From Eledone cirrhosa (Eukaryota): a stretch of DNA of 64,000 nt. The stretch is from positions 240,870,001 to 240,934,000 of the forward strand of contig OZ024741.1 in the NCBI GenBank assembly GCA_964016885.1, written 5' to 3'. Numbering within the stretch: the first letter of the stretch is position 1; each line of letters opens with the position of its first letter. Below are positions 1 to 11,560 of this stretch, one piece after another. The position numbers were made by a program, and so were the translations under genes. Under the pieces are notes generated by a model. It did not search any database. It was not told the DNA's origin and saw only the letters and a list, made by a program, of their open reading frames with translations.

Positions 1-444
1 GATTACTTTCCAAACCCCAACTTGCATACTTGATACATGCACACTTCCTAACTGTCCCATCAACAATGCAGAAATGTACTTGAGAATATATGTGGTCTAT
101 TGGGCCACATGCAGGTGATGTGTTTCCTCATACATTGGAAGTACTGTCCAGATATTACACAGGTGGATCAAGGAGCACACAACCATGAGAGTTTCCTTTG
201 TCAAAAACATCTTGATAAATGCTGCAACCATGACATTGAGGTCTCCATACAGGCCATGGAGAGGAATGTGGGGAATTTAAAATTATGCATGTGTATATAT
301 GTGTATATGTGTATATATGTGTGTGTGTATGAGCAAGTCATAGTCACCTGACCTAGCATTGCCCACAACAGGACAACTCATCTAACCTATGATAGTGTGG
401 AAAAATGGATGTTAAACCATGATGATGATATATATATATATATA

Positions 445-475
<31 letters not shown>

Positions 476-581
476 TTATATTAATAATAAGTAAGGAAAA
501 GATGCCAAATATATATATGTGTGTGTGTATATATATTTATGTATATATGTATACATATTTATGTATATATGTATATATATT

Positions 582-654
<73 letters not shown>

Positions 655-663
655 TCATACATA

Positions 664-825
664 CATCATCATCATCATCATCATCATTTTACGTCCGCTT
701 CTCCCTGCTTGCAAGGGTGGGACGGCAACTGATTCTGGCTTGATTTCTACAGCTGGATGTCCTTCCTAACACCAACCTCATTTACAGTGAATGCTGGGTG
801 CTTTTTTTTTCTGTGGCGCCTACAT
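664..825 (-). mobile_element. SINE 3' part with RTE-type tail
   Basis: Minus strand reads the GGTTGGTGTTAGGAAGG box, then CCGTCCCACCCTTGCAAGCAGGG..GGACGTAAAA and (GAT)n, matching the RTE ORF end at 15850-15912. Confidence 0.8.
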
Positions 826-974
826 ATATATATATATATATATATATACTCCATCATAGAAATGCACATGCATTATGCAACTCGTGGTGCAGCCTCCCAG
901 GATCCCAGAAACATATCAAACATTTTTATCACTTTATATCAATTTTAATTGAGCCAAGAAGGTCACAGTTAGTG

Positions 975-1170
975 TTCAACCTATTTGTATTGTTGCGGTA
1001 CAAACTATGGTCACAGTTTTTGATCACTTGTCTTGGTGTCACACTTTCTCAACTTTGTGTTTACTCTGGACGAAAATGTATTAATTTTTCACTTCATTGA
1101 GTGCTTTGTGACCATCTCAAGCAATTTGATTAGTATCTGGTATATTGCGGCTACAACTTCGATTTATAAC
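975..1170. repeat. Unclassified dispersed repeat, second copy at about 13351-13545
   Basis: Co-linear similarity with 13351-13545 (aacctatttgtat...aactttgtgtttactctggac...cattgagtgctttgt). Confidence 0.6.
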
Positions 1171-1526
1171 CAATATTATTATTCTCTGAGTTTCATGTAT
1201 TCGATTGATAATGTGTTAGTTATTTTTTGTTTATAAACGCTTGTTGCGAGCTTTTATTTAGGCTGTGAAAATCTCTTTGCTCACGGCCTGAATTTACTCA
1301 CCAACAGTTTGGTCAAGTTGACCTTCCTTTTTTGACACAGGTCACATGATAACACAGGTGAATTTACTATTTCAGTAGAATGCCTCAATATCTCCAGATC
1401 GAACCATGTTGGATAATATGGATGGAACAAAGCCTGCCAATGAAGGGAACTCCAGTTACATCGTGAGATTGCAGATATGACTTACATATGAATTATGCAA
1501 ATCGTGGTGCAGCTTTTATATATATC

Positions 1527-1929
1527 AACATCATCATCATCACCATTTTATCATCATTTTACGTCCGCTTTTCCCTGCTTGCAAGAGTGGTATGGGAACT
1601 GATTCTGGCTTGATTTCTACAGCTGGATGCCCTTCCCAACACCAACCTCATTTACAGTGAGTGGTGGGTGATTTTTTTTCCGTGGTGCCTACACGTCCAC
1701 TTTACAGTGAGTGCTGAGTGCTTTTTTGCCGGGGTGCCTACTTGACCACTTTACAGTGGAATGATATGGACTGAGGTCCATATCATCTCATTTCTACAGC
1801 TGAGTAAACTGGAGCAATGTGAAATAAAGTGTCTTGCTCAAGGAAACAACACATCACCCGGTCTGAGAATTGAACTCACAACCTTTCGATTGCAAGGCCA
1901 ATGCTCTAACCACTAAGCCATGTGCCTCC
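1527..1929 (-). mobile_element. Near full-length tRNA-derived SINE with RTE-type tail
   Basis: Pol III A box TGGCTTAGTGG and B box GAGTTCAATTC, then TCCTTGAGCAAGACACTT, ~44-bp internal units, the GGAAGGGCATCCAGCTGTAGAAA box, RTE tail and (GAT)n. Confidence 0.85.
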
Positions 1930-2154
1930 ATATATATATATAAATAAATACATACCTCCATATATATATATATATGCAGCACCTTCAACATCACCCCTTC
2001 CATACATCTTCCATGAGCAGGGGTTGTAGCATACATTTAGTAGGCACCACCTTCACCTTCATCCCTCTTTCTCTACACCTCCCAAGTCCTAACACTCTGC
2101 CCTTACACAAGCCCATATACCACCCTCCCCATTCCACACCATAGTTTTGAGCCT

Positions 2155-2390
2155 ACACTGTAAAGTGGTCATGATGGCGACATGACAAAAAGTCGTGTAG
2201 GTGTCTTGATAAAGAGCACCTAGTATTCACTGTTTGTGGTTGGCATTAGGAAGTGTATCTAGCTGAAGAAACCAAGACGAAATCAGTTCTGTATGAGCAA
2301 GTCATAGTCACCTGACCTAGCATTGCCCACAACAGGACAACTCATCTAACCTATGATAGTGTGGAAAAATGGATGTTAAACCATGATGAT
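2155..2390 (+). mobile_element. Diverged SINE 3' half
   Basis: GGTTGGCATTAGGAAG box and a tail ending GGATGTTAAACCATGATGATGAT. Confidence 0.7.
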
Positions 2391-2391
2391 G

Positions 2392-2443
<52 letters not shown>

Positions 2444-2454
2444 TTATATTAATA

Positions 2455-2640
2455 ATTGTTTCTACGTTAGGCACAAGGCCAGCAATTACCCAGTGTATTA
2501 CTGGTACTTTATTTTATCGACCCCGTAAGGATGAAAGGCAAAGTTAACCTCGGCGGGATTTGAACTCAGAATGGCAAGGGCCGTAACTCTATGCGCCAAA
2601 GCATGGCATCCGACACTCTACCAATACTGCCAATCCACTA
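2455..2640 (-). mobile_element. Second tRNA-derived SINE family (partial copy at 34118-34242, + strand)
   Basis: TGGCAGTATTGG A box, GAGTTCAAATCC B box and a GCCTTTCATCCTTACGGGGTCGATAAAATAAAGTACCAG central box. The second copy is nearly identical. Confidence 0.8.
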
Positions 2641-2689
2641 TTAATAATAAGTAAGGAAAAGATGCCAAATTTTCATTAAGTTTATTCAT

Positions 2690-2777
2690 GTGTGATGCAT
2701 GTTTTGTGGTTGATCAGCTCACTGTTCAATCTCTATCAATTGGACCTGACTCTGGAATCAAGAGCTCATCAGACTTC
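2690..2777 (-). ncRNA. Decayed hammerhead ribozyme, large domain II family
   Basis: CTGATGA, 60 nt, AAAA (in place of GAAA), CATGCA, TC, ACAC, followed by AATAAA. Homologous to 27560-27650 and 51975-52060. Confidence 0.5.
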
Positions 2778-3063
2778 TGTTAACACTCTGCTTAGTACAA
2801 CCCCAAAGTACTTACTGGAGACTATGCATGGAGTGCTCACTTTGGTGAACCAGCTTGATGTTACAATCCCTAAGATATTAATATATATATATGTACACAC
2901 ACATACATACATATATATAACATCCATACCAGAGAATGTAGGACCCTAGGAGTCCTAAAAATTTGTCACATCCATGCTACACATATGCAGAGCCATGTTA
3001 GAAAATTTCAATTGATGGCTAAACTTGAGTGTGAGGTAGCTGTCATCATATAAATATATATAT

Positions 3064-3226
3064 ATCATCATCATCATCATCATCGTTTAACGTCCATGTT
3101 CCACGCTTGCATGGGTTTGGGCGGGAGTTTTCCCACTTGAGGCAAGAGTGGTTGTCATTGCTCGCATACGACTGTCTGGTGGGTTTTCTACAGCTGGATG
3201 CCCTTCCTAACACCAACCACATTTAC
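3064..3226 (-). mobile_element. SINE/RTE-chimera 3' tail fragment
   Basis: Matches 14800-14960 and ends in (GAT)n. Confidence 0.8.
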
Positions 3227-3445
3227 ATATATATAAATATATATATATATATAAATATATATAAATATATATAAATATATATATATATATTGTTATACTT
3301 TGGGAGGGTCATGTTGCCAATAAGAAACACACGCACCAGTTGCTTTCATTTCAATTTAATTTATTATATATTTATAAATTTACAAATTTATAAATTTCTG
3401 GTTGGTTGGTTGGTTCCACAACCAGATAGTTGTTTATATATATAT

Positions 3446-3490
3446 AGTCATAGTTCTTTCGTCACACACTCTGTGACCTCTTCAGTGACT
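3446..3490 (-). ncRNA. Minimal type I hammerhead ribozyme
   Basis: Reverse complement of 4452-4496. Confidence 0.8.
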
Positions 3491-3645
3491 GGGGATTTCT
3501 TTCTTCGTTTCTGTGCCTTTCCTTTCTTCTATCCTACGCCATTTTGTTTGTGTGTGGGTTGCGTGCTCAGTTTGCGCATGCACCACATCCGGGTGTCTGT
3601 GTGTGTTTGTGTTCATTTTTCTATTTTTCTATTTATATTTTTCTA

Positions 3646-4146
3646 GCCTACAAATTTAGAAGGGCCCTAAAGAAACATAATCTCAATATTAAGATAGTAG
3701 AAAGACCTGGTACCTCCGTAAAAACACTTATTAGCAAGACATACCCGTTCCAAAGACCCTCATGTATAGATAAGAAATGTATAACCTGAAAAATAAGCCC
3801 CCATATTAACTGTAAAACTAGAAATGTAGTATATAGCATAAGATGTACTGAAGGACAATGTAGAAACAAAAATATAGTGTACATAGGTGAGACAGCTCGT
3901 AGTATAGGGGAACGAATAAATGAACACTGGCGAGACCTCCAAGATAATAAAGAATCATCTGTGCTCTACCAACATGCTAAGATAGAACACAGGGGTAAAT
4001 TAGAGAGCATAGAAATAAAAATAGAATCCACACACAAGAAAGACGCAATGTTTAGGCAAATTACAGAGGCAGTAAGCATAAAAGAATTAAAACCAAAATT
4101 AAATAGAAAATATGAGTGGAACAGCAACATCACAACTTACAATTAA
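3646..4146 (+). pseudogene. PLE linker zinc finger plus GIY-YIG endonuclease (5'-truncated, in-frame TGA at 3787-3789)
   Basis: IKIVERPGTSVKTLISKTYPF...SCIDKKCIT*KISPHINCKTRNVVYSIRC...YIGETARSIGERINEH...RQITEAVSIKELKPKLN in a single frame. Confidence 0.9.
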
Positions 4147-4451
4147 GGACAAAATGAAAACACACACACACATAGAACAAACAACTTACAATTGAAAACA
4201 CACACAAAATGAAAACACACACAAAACAAAATGAAAACACACACACACATAGAACAAACAACCAACCAACAATAAATAAATAAATAAACAAACAAATAGA
4301 AAAATATAAATAGAAAAATAGAAAAACGAACACAAACACACACAGACACCCGGATGTGGCGCATGCGCAAACTGAGCACGCAACCCACACACAAACAAAA
4401 TGGCGTAGGATAGAAGAAAGGAAAGGCACAGAAACGAAGAAAGAAATCCCC

Positions 4452-4496
4452 AGTCACTGAAGAGGTCACAGAGTGTGTGACGAAAGAACTATGACT
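4452..4496 (+). ncRNA. Minimal type I hammerhead ribozyme
   Basis: AGTCA CTGAAGA G GTCACA gagtg TGTGAC GAAA GAAC TA TGACT: 5-bp stem I, 6-bp stem II, CUA site. Confidence 0.85.
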
Positions 4497-4709
4497 ATAT
4501 ATATATAAACAACTATCTGGTTGTGGAACCAACCAACCAACCAGAAATTTATAAATTTGTAAATTTATAAATATATAATAAATTAAATTGAAGTGAAAGC
4601 AACTGGTGCGTGTGTTTCTTATTGGCAACATGACCCTCCCAAAGTATAACAATATCGGTTTCAACACACGATTTCAGATAAAGAATCTTGCTAAACAAAT
4701 TCAGAAACG

Positions 4710-4756
<47 letters not shown>

Positions 4757-4757
<1 letters not shown>

Positions 4758-4920
4758 GTAAATGTGGTTGGTGTTAGGAAGGGCATCCAGCTGTAGAAAA
4801 CCCACCAGTCCTATGCGAGCAAGACAATCACTCTTGCCTCAAGTGGGACTACCCCCGTCCAAACCCATGCAAGCGTGGAACACGGACGTTAAACGTTGAT
4901 GATGATGATGATGATGATGA
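4757..4920 (+). mobile_element. SINE/RTE-chimera 3' tail fragment
   Basis: TGTAAATGTGGTTGGTGTTAGGAAGGGCATCC...GGACGTTAAACG followed by (GAT)n. Confidence 0.8.
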
Positions 4921-5213
4921 TATATATCATCATCATCATTTAATGTGTATTTTATCAGGCGTGTGTATGTGTGTGTGTGTGTATGTGTGTGCGTATGTGT
5001 ATATATGAATGTACATATATGTGTGCCTGTATGTATGTGTGAGTTACGCGATGATTAATCATCCAACATTAGTAGAAGTGTTATGAAAACAATAAAACAA
5101 CACATAAAAAACAAAAAAAACACTGCCATGATGTCAGAAGAAAGATATGAATATCACATATGAAACATACAAAATATTACATCCTTCATGATAACAACAC
5201 ATTAACATTGAGT

Positions 5214-5264
<51 letters not shown>

Positions 5265-5448
5265 AACACACACATGTATGTATATATATATATATATATA
5301 TATATGTAAATATATGAATACATATATATATATATAGGTATATATATATGTATATATATGTGTGTATATATATATATGTGTGTGTAAATATATGTATGTA
5401 TATGTAAATATATATATGTATATATAAATATATATATGCATATATATG

Positions 5449-5479
<31 letters not shown>

Positions 5480-5627
5480 TTGTAAGTTTGTATATATATA
5501 TATATATTTATTTGCATATATATGTATATATGTGTATGTATATATATTTATATGCATATATATGTATATATATATAATTGTATATTTTTATATATGTATA
5601 TATATATAATTGTATATTTATATATAT

Positions 5628-5668
<41 letters not shown>

Positions 5669-6109
5669 CCCACACACATATATATTTATTTATACATGTA
5701 TATAAATACACAGATTTAAGCATATATGGAAAGCAAATAAGACAAAAGCTAACAAGACAAAAATACTGTACAAATAAATAAATAAATGAAAAATAATTAT
5801 GAGCAGGACACAGCACACTACTTCATGGTGACATAAATGAAGCAGAAAATGTCCATTAAGTCAGAACCAATTTGTGACAAGTCTTTAAAGAGGGTGTAAA
5901 ATCAAACATTTGAATGAAATGTCTTCGACAGACTCGTTAAGTAAATCTACACTAATGATTACATAGAAACTCTACTGGTTCTTTTATGATGTTGTATCAT
6001 TAAGTAATCAGCAATGCTATTAGTACAACCTCCATATTTGGATATGAAACTAAAGCTAGTTTGTATGTTGTTGTTGTTTTTTGTATCTATGTATGTATAT
6101 AATTTTGTA

Positions 6110-6142
<33 letters not shown>

Positions 6143-6221
6143 TTGTGTGTGTATGTATACATATATATATATGTGTATATGTGTGTGTGTATGCATATAT
6201 ATATGTGTATATATATATATG

Positions 6222-6279
<58 letters not shown>

Positions 6280-6311
6280 CATACATATATATATATATAC
6301 ACACACATACA

Positions 6312-6348
<37 letters not shown>

Positions 6349-6372
6349 GCATACATATATATATATATTTAT

Positions 6373-6403
<31 letters not shown>

Positions 6404-6610
6404 CATATATATGTGTGTGTGTATAAATATATATATATATGTGTGTGTGTGTGTGTAATGTGATCTATGCTGATCGATTATTGAGGATGATGCTTTAAAT
6501 TGTTTTATGTGATATGTCCGGTCTCATCTGAGTTGTGTATATTTATACACACACATGCACACACGTACACACAGACACACACGTACATACACACACATAC
6601 ATATATATAT

Positions 6611-6712
6611 GTTGTTTCCTTGAGCAAGACATTTTACTTCACATTGCTCCAGTTTACGTCCCACCCTTGCAAGAAGGGAAAAGCAGACGTAAAATGAAAT
6701 GATGAATGATGA
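6611..6712 (+). mobile_element. Internally deleted SINE (central box fused to RTE tail)
   Basis: TCCTTGAGCAAGACA...CTCCAGTTTAC joined directly to GTCCCACCCTTGCAAG...GACGTAAAATG. Confidence 0.65.
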
Positions 6713-6866
6713 TATATATATATTCAGATTTGCGTTGCGTTTCGCCTTTTCTACCCGCCGAAGGGCGACCGGCTAAAGTGGAAGATGCTAGATGGTCGGT
6801 TGTCCTCGGGTCTATGATTTTCAGCCCCATAGATTTTATCTGTTACATTCATTTATTATATTTCGA

Positions 6867-6924
6867 ATACCTGATGATATCACCGGATTCATACGGAACC
6901 CGGTCATTGAAATGATCATAGTAT
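6867..6924 (+). ncRNA. Type I hammerhead ribozyme
   Basis: ATAC CTGATGA, stem II containing ACCGG/CCGGT, GAAA, palindromic TGATCA, TA, GTAT, then AATAAA. Confidence 0.7.
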
Positions 6925-7657
6925 AATAAACCTTTCAAGGATTTACACAAGTCCAGCCTCGTGTTATTTTATAATTATATATGTATATATATATATATAT
7001 ATATCATCATTCATTCATTTCCGTAATGTGATTCTCGATGAATTTATAGTTATTAATCTCCCGAGTCTTACAATTAATCTGTTAATAATTCTATTGACTG
7101 ATTAATTGCATAAGTTTATTTTAAAAACTATTCGGTCAAGAGCTTATTCGATATGTGTTGTTTATGCAATTTTTTGCATGGATTTCCACATACTGAATTC
7201 ATTTGCTAAAATCTGGGGTTTTTCCCCTGTGAGTTACACATGTGCTTTTACAAAACACTGTGTCATCCACAACACTGGCGCAGAACAAAATACCCGTCGG
7301 TAACGTTGATATTCCTCGTTCGATCATTATACCAAAAGCTTATTGTTTTAAGCAGGCAGTATTATTGGTTTAGGTGTCGCAGAAACCCTGTACTTGATTG
7401 TAACATCAATTCCAAGGGTCCGGGTGAATATGTCATTTATTTTGTCAGACCCGTTTAGCTTGACTTGTTTTTTTGGCTTAGGTGGTTATTGGCTTCTTGA
7501 CCGCCTTCTCAGTTTGAATGGCATTTATAACCTATGTTTATTGCTCTGGTCTCTTTAGCCCATGGAGCGCTTGCCATCATGACTCGGTATTTGTGTTGCA
7601 TTTCGCTTTTTCTACCCGCCGAAATGCGATTCTCGCTGAATTTATAGTTATATATAT

Positions 7658-7734
<77 letters not shown>

Positions 7735-7736
<2 letters not shown>

Positions 7737-7950
7737 TAAGTATATTTTGAAACAGTGAGCGAGTTTGAAATTAGAAAATATATAGCTTTCACCGTATTTT
7801 TGACTAAAGGAATTTTAGCTTGATAACGGGGTTTAGAACCCTCAGATAAATGGAAAAAGATGAGTAATGATGTACATACGTCAATACTCATCTTTTTCCA
7901 TTTATCTGAGGGTTCTAAACCCCGTTATCAAGCTAAAATTCCTTTAGTTA
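7735..7950. repeat. Fold-back (~70-bp arms) with one-sided extension between (TA)n tracts
   Basis: 7803-7870 is the reverse complement of 7880-7949. Confidence 0.8.
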
Positions 7951-7955
7951 TATAT

Positions 7956-8042
<87 letters not shown>

Positions 8043-8904
8043 TATATCAACATGCCTATATTTTATATATCGATATAATTTCATTGTATCTATCTATCGA
8101 TATATATATATATATCATACATACATACATACATTCACACACATACACACATGCATACACACATACACATATATATAATTGCAAAAGTGGCAACTGATAT
8201 AGTAAAAAGAAAATACGAAGGGAGAAAAAAGGATAGCAATGGAAAAATTATACAAGCAAGGGACATTATTTTGTACATAGACAGCACAAAGATGGCAACA
8301 TGAACAGGACAAAATAACTTTTGGTCATCGGTTATCTATAATGAACTTACACTGTTTCAAATCCTGGTGACAGTAATGCTACTTCATTCAGTGTCACAGC
8401 ATATAATGAAATAGTTACATTCTCTCCTGGAACCTTTCATTACCATATTTCTAATGAAACAATTTGTATTTTAATTATTTAATAGATCATTTGGGATGGA
8501 TTTACTAAAATTATAATTTCATTAAGATGGTATTTGTAATATAACAAAATGTTTTTATTTAAACTTATCTTAGAAGCTTTTACATTAGGTAGGAACTTAT
8601 TAAAATGCATGGTTTTGTTTCATAGAAAAAGAGGTGTTTTTTTAAATTTTTGTGGAGAGGCATGTTGGTATCAAAAGGGGGAAAGGTAAAATGTGTGTGT
8701 GTATGTGTGTGGTGGTAAATAGTTACTAATGAGCTGTAGCTCATGTGATCAGATTTAACAAAGCGATATAAAGGAGAACAGTGATGGTAGGCAGGGCTGG
8801 ATTTATAGTGAGGCAGAAGTGCCATTGTGATAATGAGAATAGTTACAAAGGGGCCATAGGGGGGGGGGGGCTGAATTGAGGAGGCTACATTCACTTTTTT
8901 ATAC

Positions 8905-10140
8905 ATGTAGGTGAGTCTTCTTCAATGCAACATGTTGCCAATCCTTGTCATCCTTTTTCATTTCTGTGAAGTTCACTTCATCAGGTCAGTCTTCACTATT
9001 TCATCCCATGTCTTTCTAGCTCTATTTCTTCCATAAGTCCCATTCACTGAGATTTAGCTGCACTTCTTTATGCAGTTCCCATTTTCCATACACATTATGA
9101 CACCTGTGCCATGCTGCATGGTAGTGAAGCATGGGCAGTGAATGCAGAGGATGTGCAAAGGCTGGAGAGAAACGAGGTAAGCATGCTTCGATGGATGTGC
9201 AATGTTAATGTGCAAGAACAACTAAGCATGGATGAACTGAAGGAGAAACTACCTATAAGAGGAATCAGAAGTAGTGTGCACAAAAGGAAACTGTGTTGGT
9301 ATGTACATATGATGCACATGGATGTTGATTGTTGGGTGAAGAAGTGCCAAGTAATCCCAGTGGAAGGAAGCTACAGTAGAAGACCAAGGAAGACCTGGGT
9401 GGAAGTGGTGAAAGCTGATCTCAGATCACTGAAGCTCATGGAAGAGATGACAAAAGAACACGACAAGTGGAGTGATGCTGTTCTGAGAAGGATCTGTCAA
9501 ACCCATGCAAGCATGGAACAACAGATGTAAAATGACAATGATGATGATTACATGTCCATATGAATACAGTCTTCTCTCTGGTACACTACATCTAATTCTT
9601 CTAATGGCCAGTTTTTTCTTGGCTCACTTATGCTATGTTAATCATGCACACAAACATAACACATCCACTAGAGCATACTTGCTTCATTTCTTTCTACCTT
9701 ATGCTGATCTTCTTCAGTCAAGGCTCATGTCTTAGTGCCATGTAATATTGCAGACACAAACACTATACAAGCTACCCTTCACTTTGAGAGAGAAGCTCTT
9801 TATTGTCAGCAGAAGTACTAGCTTCCTAAAGTTCTTACAGCCTATTCTAGTTTTAGCTACTATATGTTTTGAACATCCACTTTGATTGATTATTAGGTGA
9901 CCTAAGTAACAAAAGATGCCCACAACTTCTATGGAGCCACCCAGGCAATTAAAGGAATCTTCTTTCATGTGTAATCTTAGTGTTTACTTTTTCTTTACAT
10001 CTGCCATATAGGAAGCCTACCTTCTCCATTAACCTGTCTGCCTTACCACTACGTCTCTTGTGCAGTAATAGATTGCACTGTGTGCATCTTATGGCATTTT
10101 TGCCCACTCCTTTATAATGTTGGCACAAGACTAACTGGTA
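8905..10140 (-). mobile_element. Old RTE LINE fragment interrupted by a nested RTE copy
   Basis: Minus-strand remnants FCYLGHLI...RIGCKNFRKLVLLLT and the KTWDE region lie on either side of 9100-9550. Confidence 0.7.
9100..9550 (+). mobile_element. RTE LINE 3' fragment
   Basis: MLHGSEAW...MLRWMC...KLCWYVHMMHM...RRPRKTW followed by a (GAT)n tail. Confidence 0.9.
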
Positions 10141-10319
10141 TTTTATTAAATCAATCACAGAGACTGGCAGATTCTTTGAATATAATTAATCACAACAAAT
10201 CACCACAATGAACATTCAAAGGCTGCAGTTCATTGCATTAGAGCTGTGTATTATATCATCACCATCATCGTTTTTACATCCATTTTTCCACACTTGTGGA
10301 TGTAAAAATGATGATGTGT

Positions 10320-10460
10320 ATAAGAATGGCTAAGGAGTTTGCTTTGCTGCCAGTTTGTCCTAGATTCAATCACATTGCATGACACCTTGGGCAAGTGTAT
10401 TCTATTATAGTCTCAGGTTGACCAGTGTCTTGTGAGTGGAATTTACTAAACAGAAACTGC
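10320..10460 (+). mobile_element. Degenerate SINE (related copies near 15495-15620 and 56385-56520)
   Basis: B-box-like GATTCAATC followed by ACCTTGGGCAAGTGTATTCTATTATAG. Confidence 0.5.
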
Positions 10461-11169
10461 AGCAGTCAATGTTTTATTTTACTATATACTAATGAAAATT
10501 TCCAGCTGATGTTTCATATGCAAAAACCATATAGGCTTTAGACTATTCTTGTCTCAGTACCAAATGAGTAAATGTCACCAATGAATGATAAAAATCCAGA
10601 AACAGCTGTCTGGTATTATCACTGGCTGTTGAGATAGCTGTGACATGATCACAGCTTAAAACATTTATTGTGAGACTCTCATATATTTATTGTACATAAA
10701 CATATTTTATACAAGTGTTGATATACCCTCTCTCACCCTCTCACACACACACTCATGTCGAGGGGTATATAATCTGGTTGTTGAGTAATAATTACATATG
10801 TTACTGATTTTAGCACTCTAAAATTTATCCTGTTCTGTGATTTAAATATTCAGTATAAATTATGAGAATGTTTACTGTCATCCATTTGGTATTAACATAT
10901 GTTACAGAGTGTTTATATAAAACAAAATAGAGTGAAATATCAGTCTAACAGATTTTTATCCACATATTCACTTGACATATGTTTCACATAAAACAGCTCA
11001 AATCTACATATAAGTTATATAATGCTTATGTGACATGTAGCTCAACTTCAATTCAGTTAGCTTATCAAATGCTATTATGAAAGTGTATATGAATAAAATT
11101 TGTTAAACTGAAACTCACTCATGTGTGTGTGTACATGTGTGTATGTCTGTATTTATGTCCTGTAAATTG

Positions 11170-11325
11170 GGTCTAAGGTCTGTCTTGAGCCCAGAAGCTC
11201 ATCAGGCCTGTGCTTATTCCAGTTTCCATGGTATGAAGTGACTGAAAGTACAATACTTTCCCTTGGACAGGATGCCAGTCCACCACAGGGTTAAACCCCC
11301 AATTATTGCTGGTATTCATTTAACT
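11170..11325 (-). mobile_element. SINE 3' region remnant
   Basis: gctcatcaggcctgtgcttattccagtttcc...ggatgccagtccaccacagggtta resembles invertebrate SINE bodies (from recall, not searched). Confidence 0.45.
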
Positions 11326-11560
11326 TAGTGGTTTGACAAAAAATATATTGATGGAATAAGTACCAGACTTTAAAAAATACACATAATATGATCGACTAAA
11401 TCAAGGTGCTGCCACTGCATGGCTGCAGTCACCTGACTGAAACAAGTTAATCAGTTAAAACAATAAAAGAATATGTTATGCAGTATGTTGTTTTTGTTTG
11501 ACAAAACAAAGTTTTTTTTTATACTAAAGCTGTGTGTTCATTTAACAAGCAATGAAATTA

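Larger units (their letters stand above)
3287..4710 (+). mobile_element. 5'-truncated Penelope-like element (Naiad-like) with inverted pseudo-LTR
   Basis: 3287-3645 is the reverse complement of 4297-4655. There is a ~55-nt 3' extension, a GIY-YIG ORF remnant between the arms, an HHR in each arm and (TA)n on both sides. Confidence 0.9.

Noticed and set aside
1860-1929. tRNA gene
   Set aside because: It has A and B boxes but continues into a SINE body, so it is a SINE head.
11170-11210. CTGATGA on the minus strand as an HHR (also 32198, 36603, 37995)
   Set aside because: No properly placed GAAA and/or no stem I pairing. 36603 lies in RTE coding sequence.
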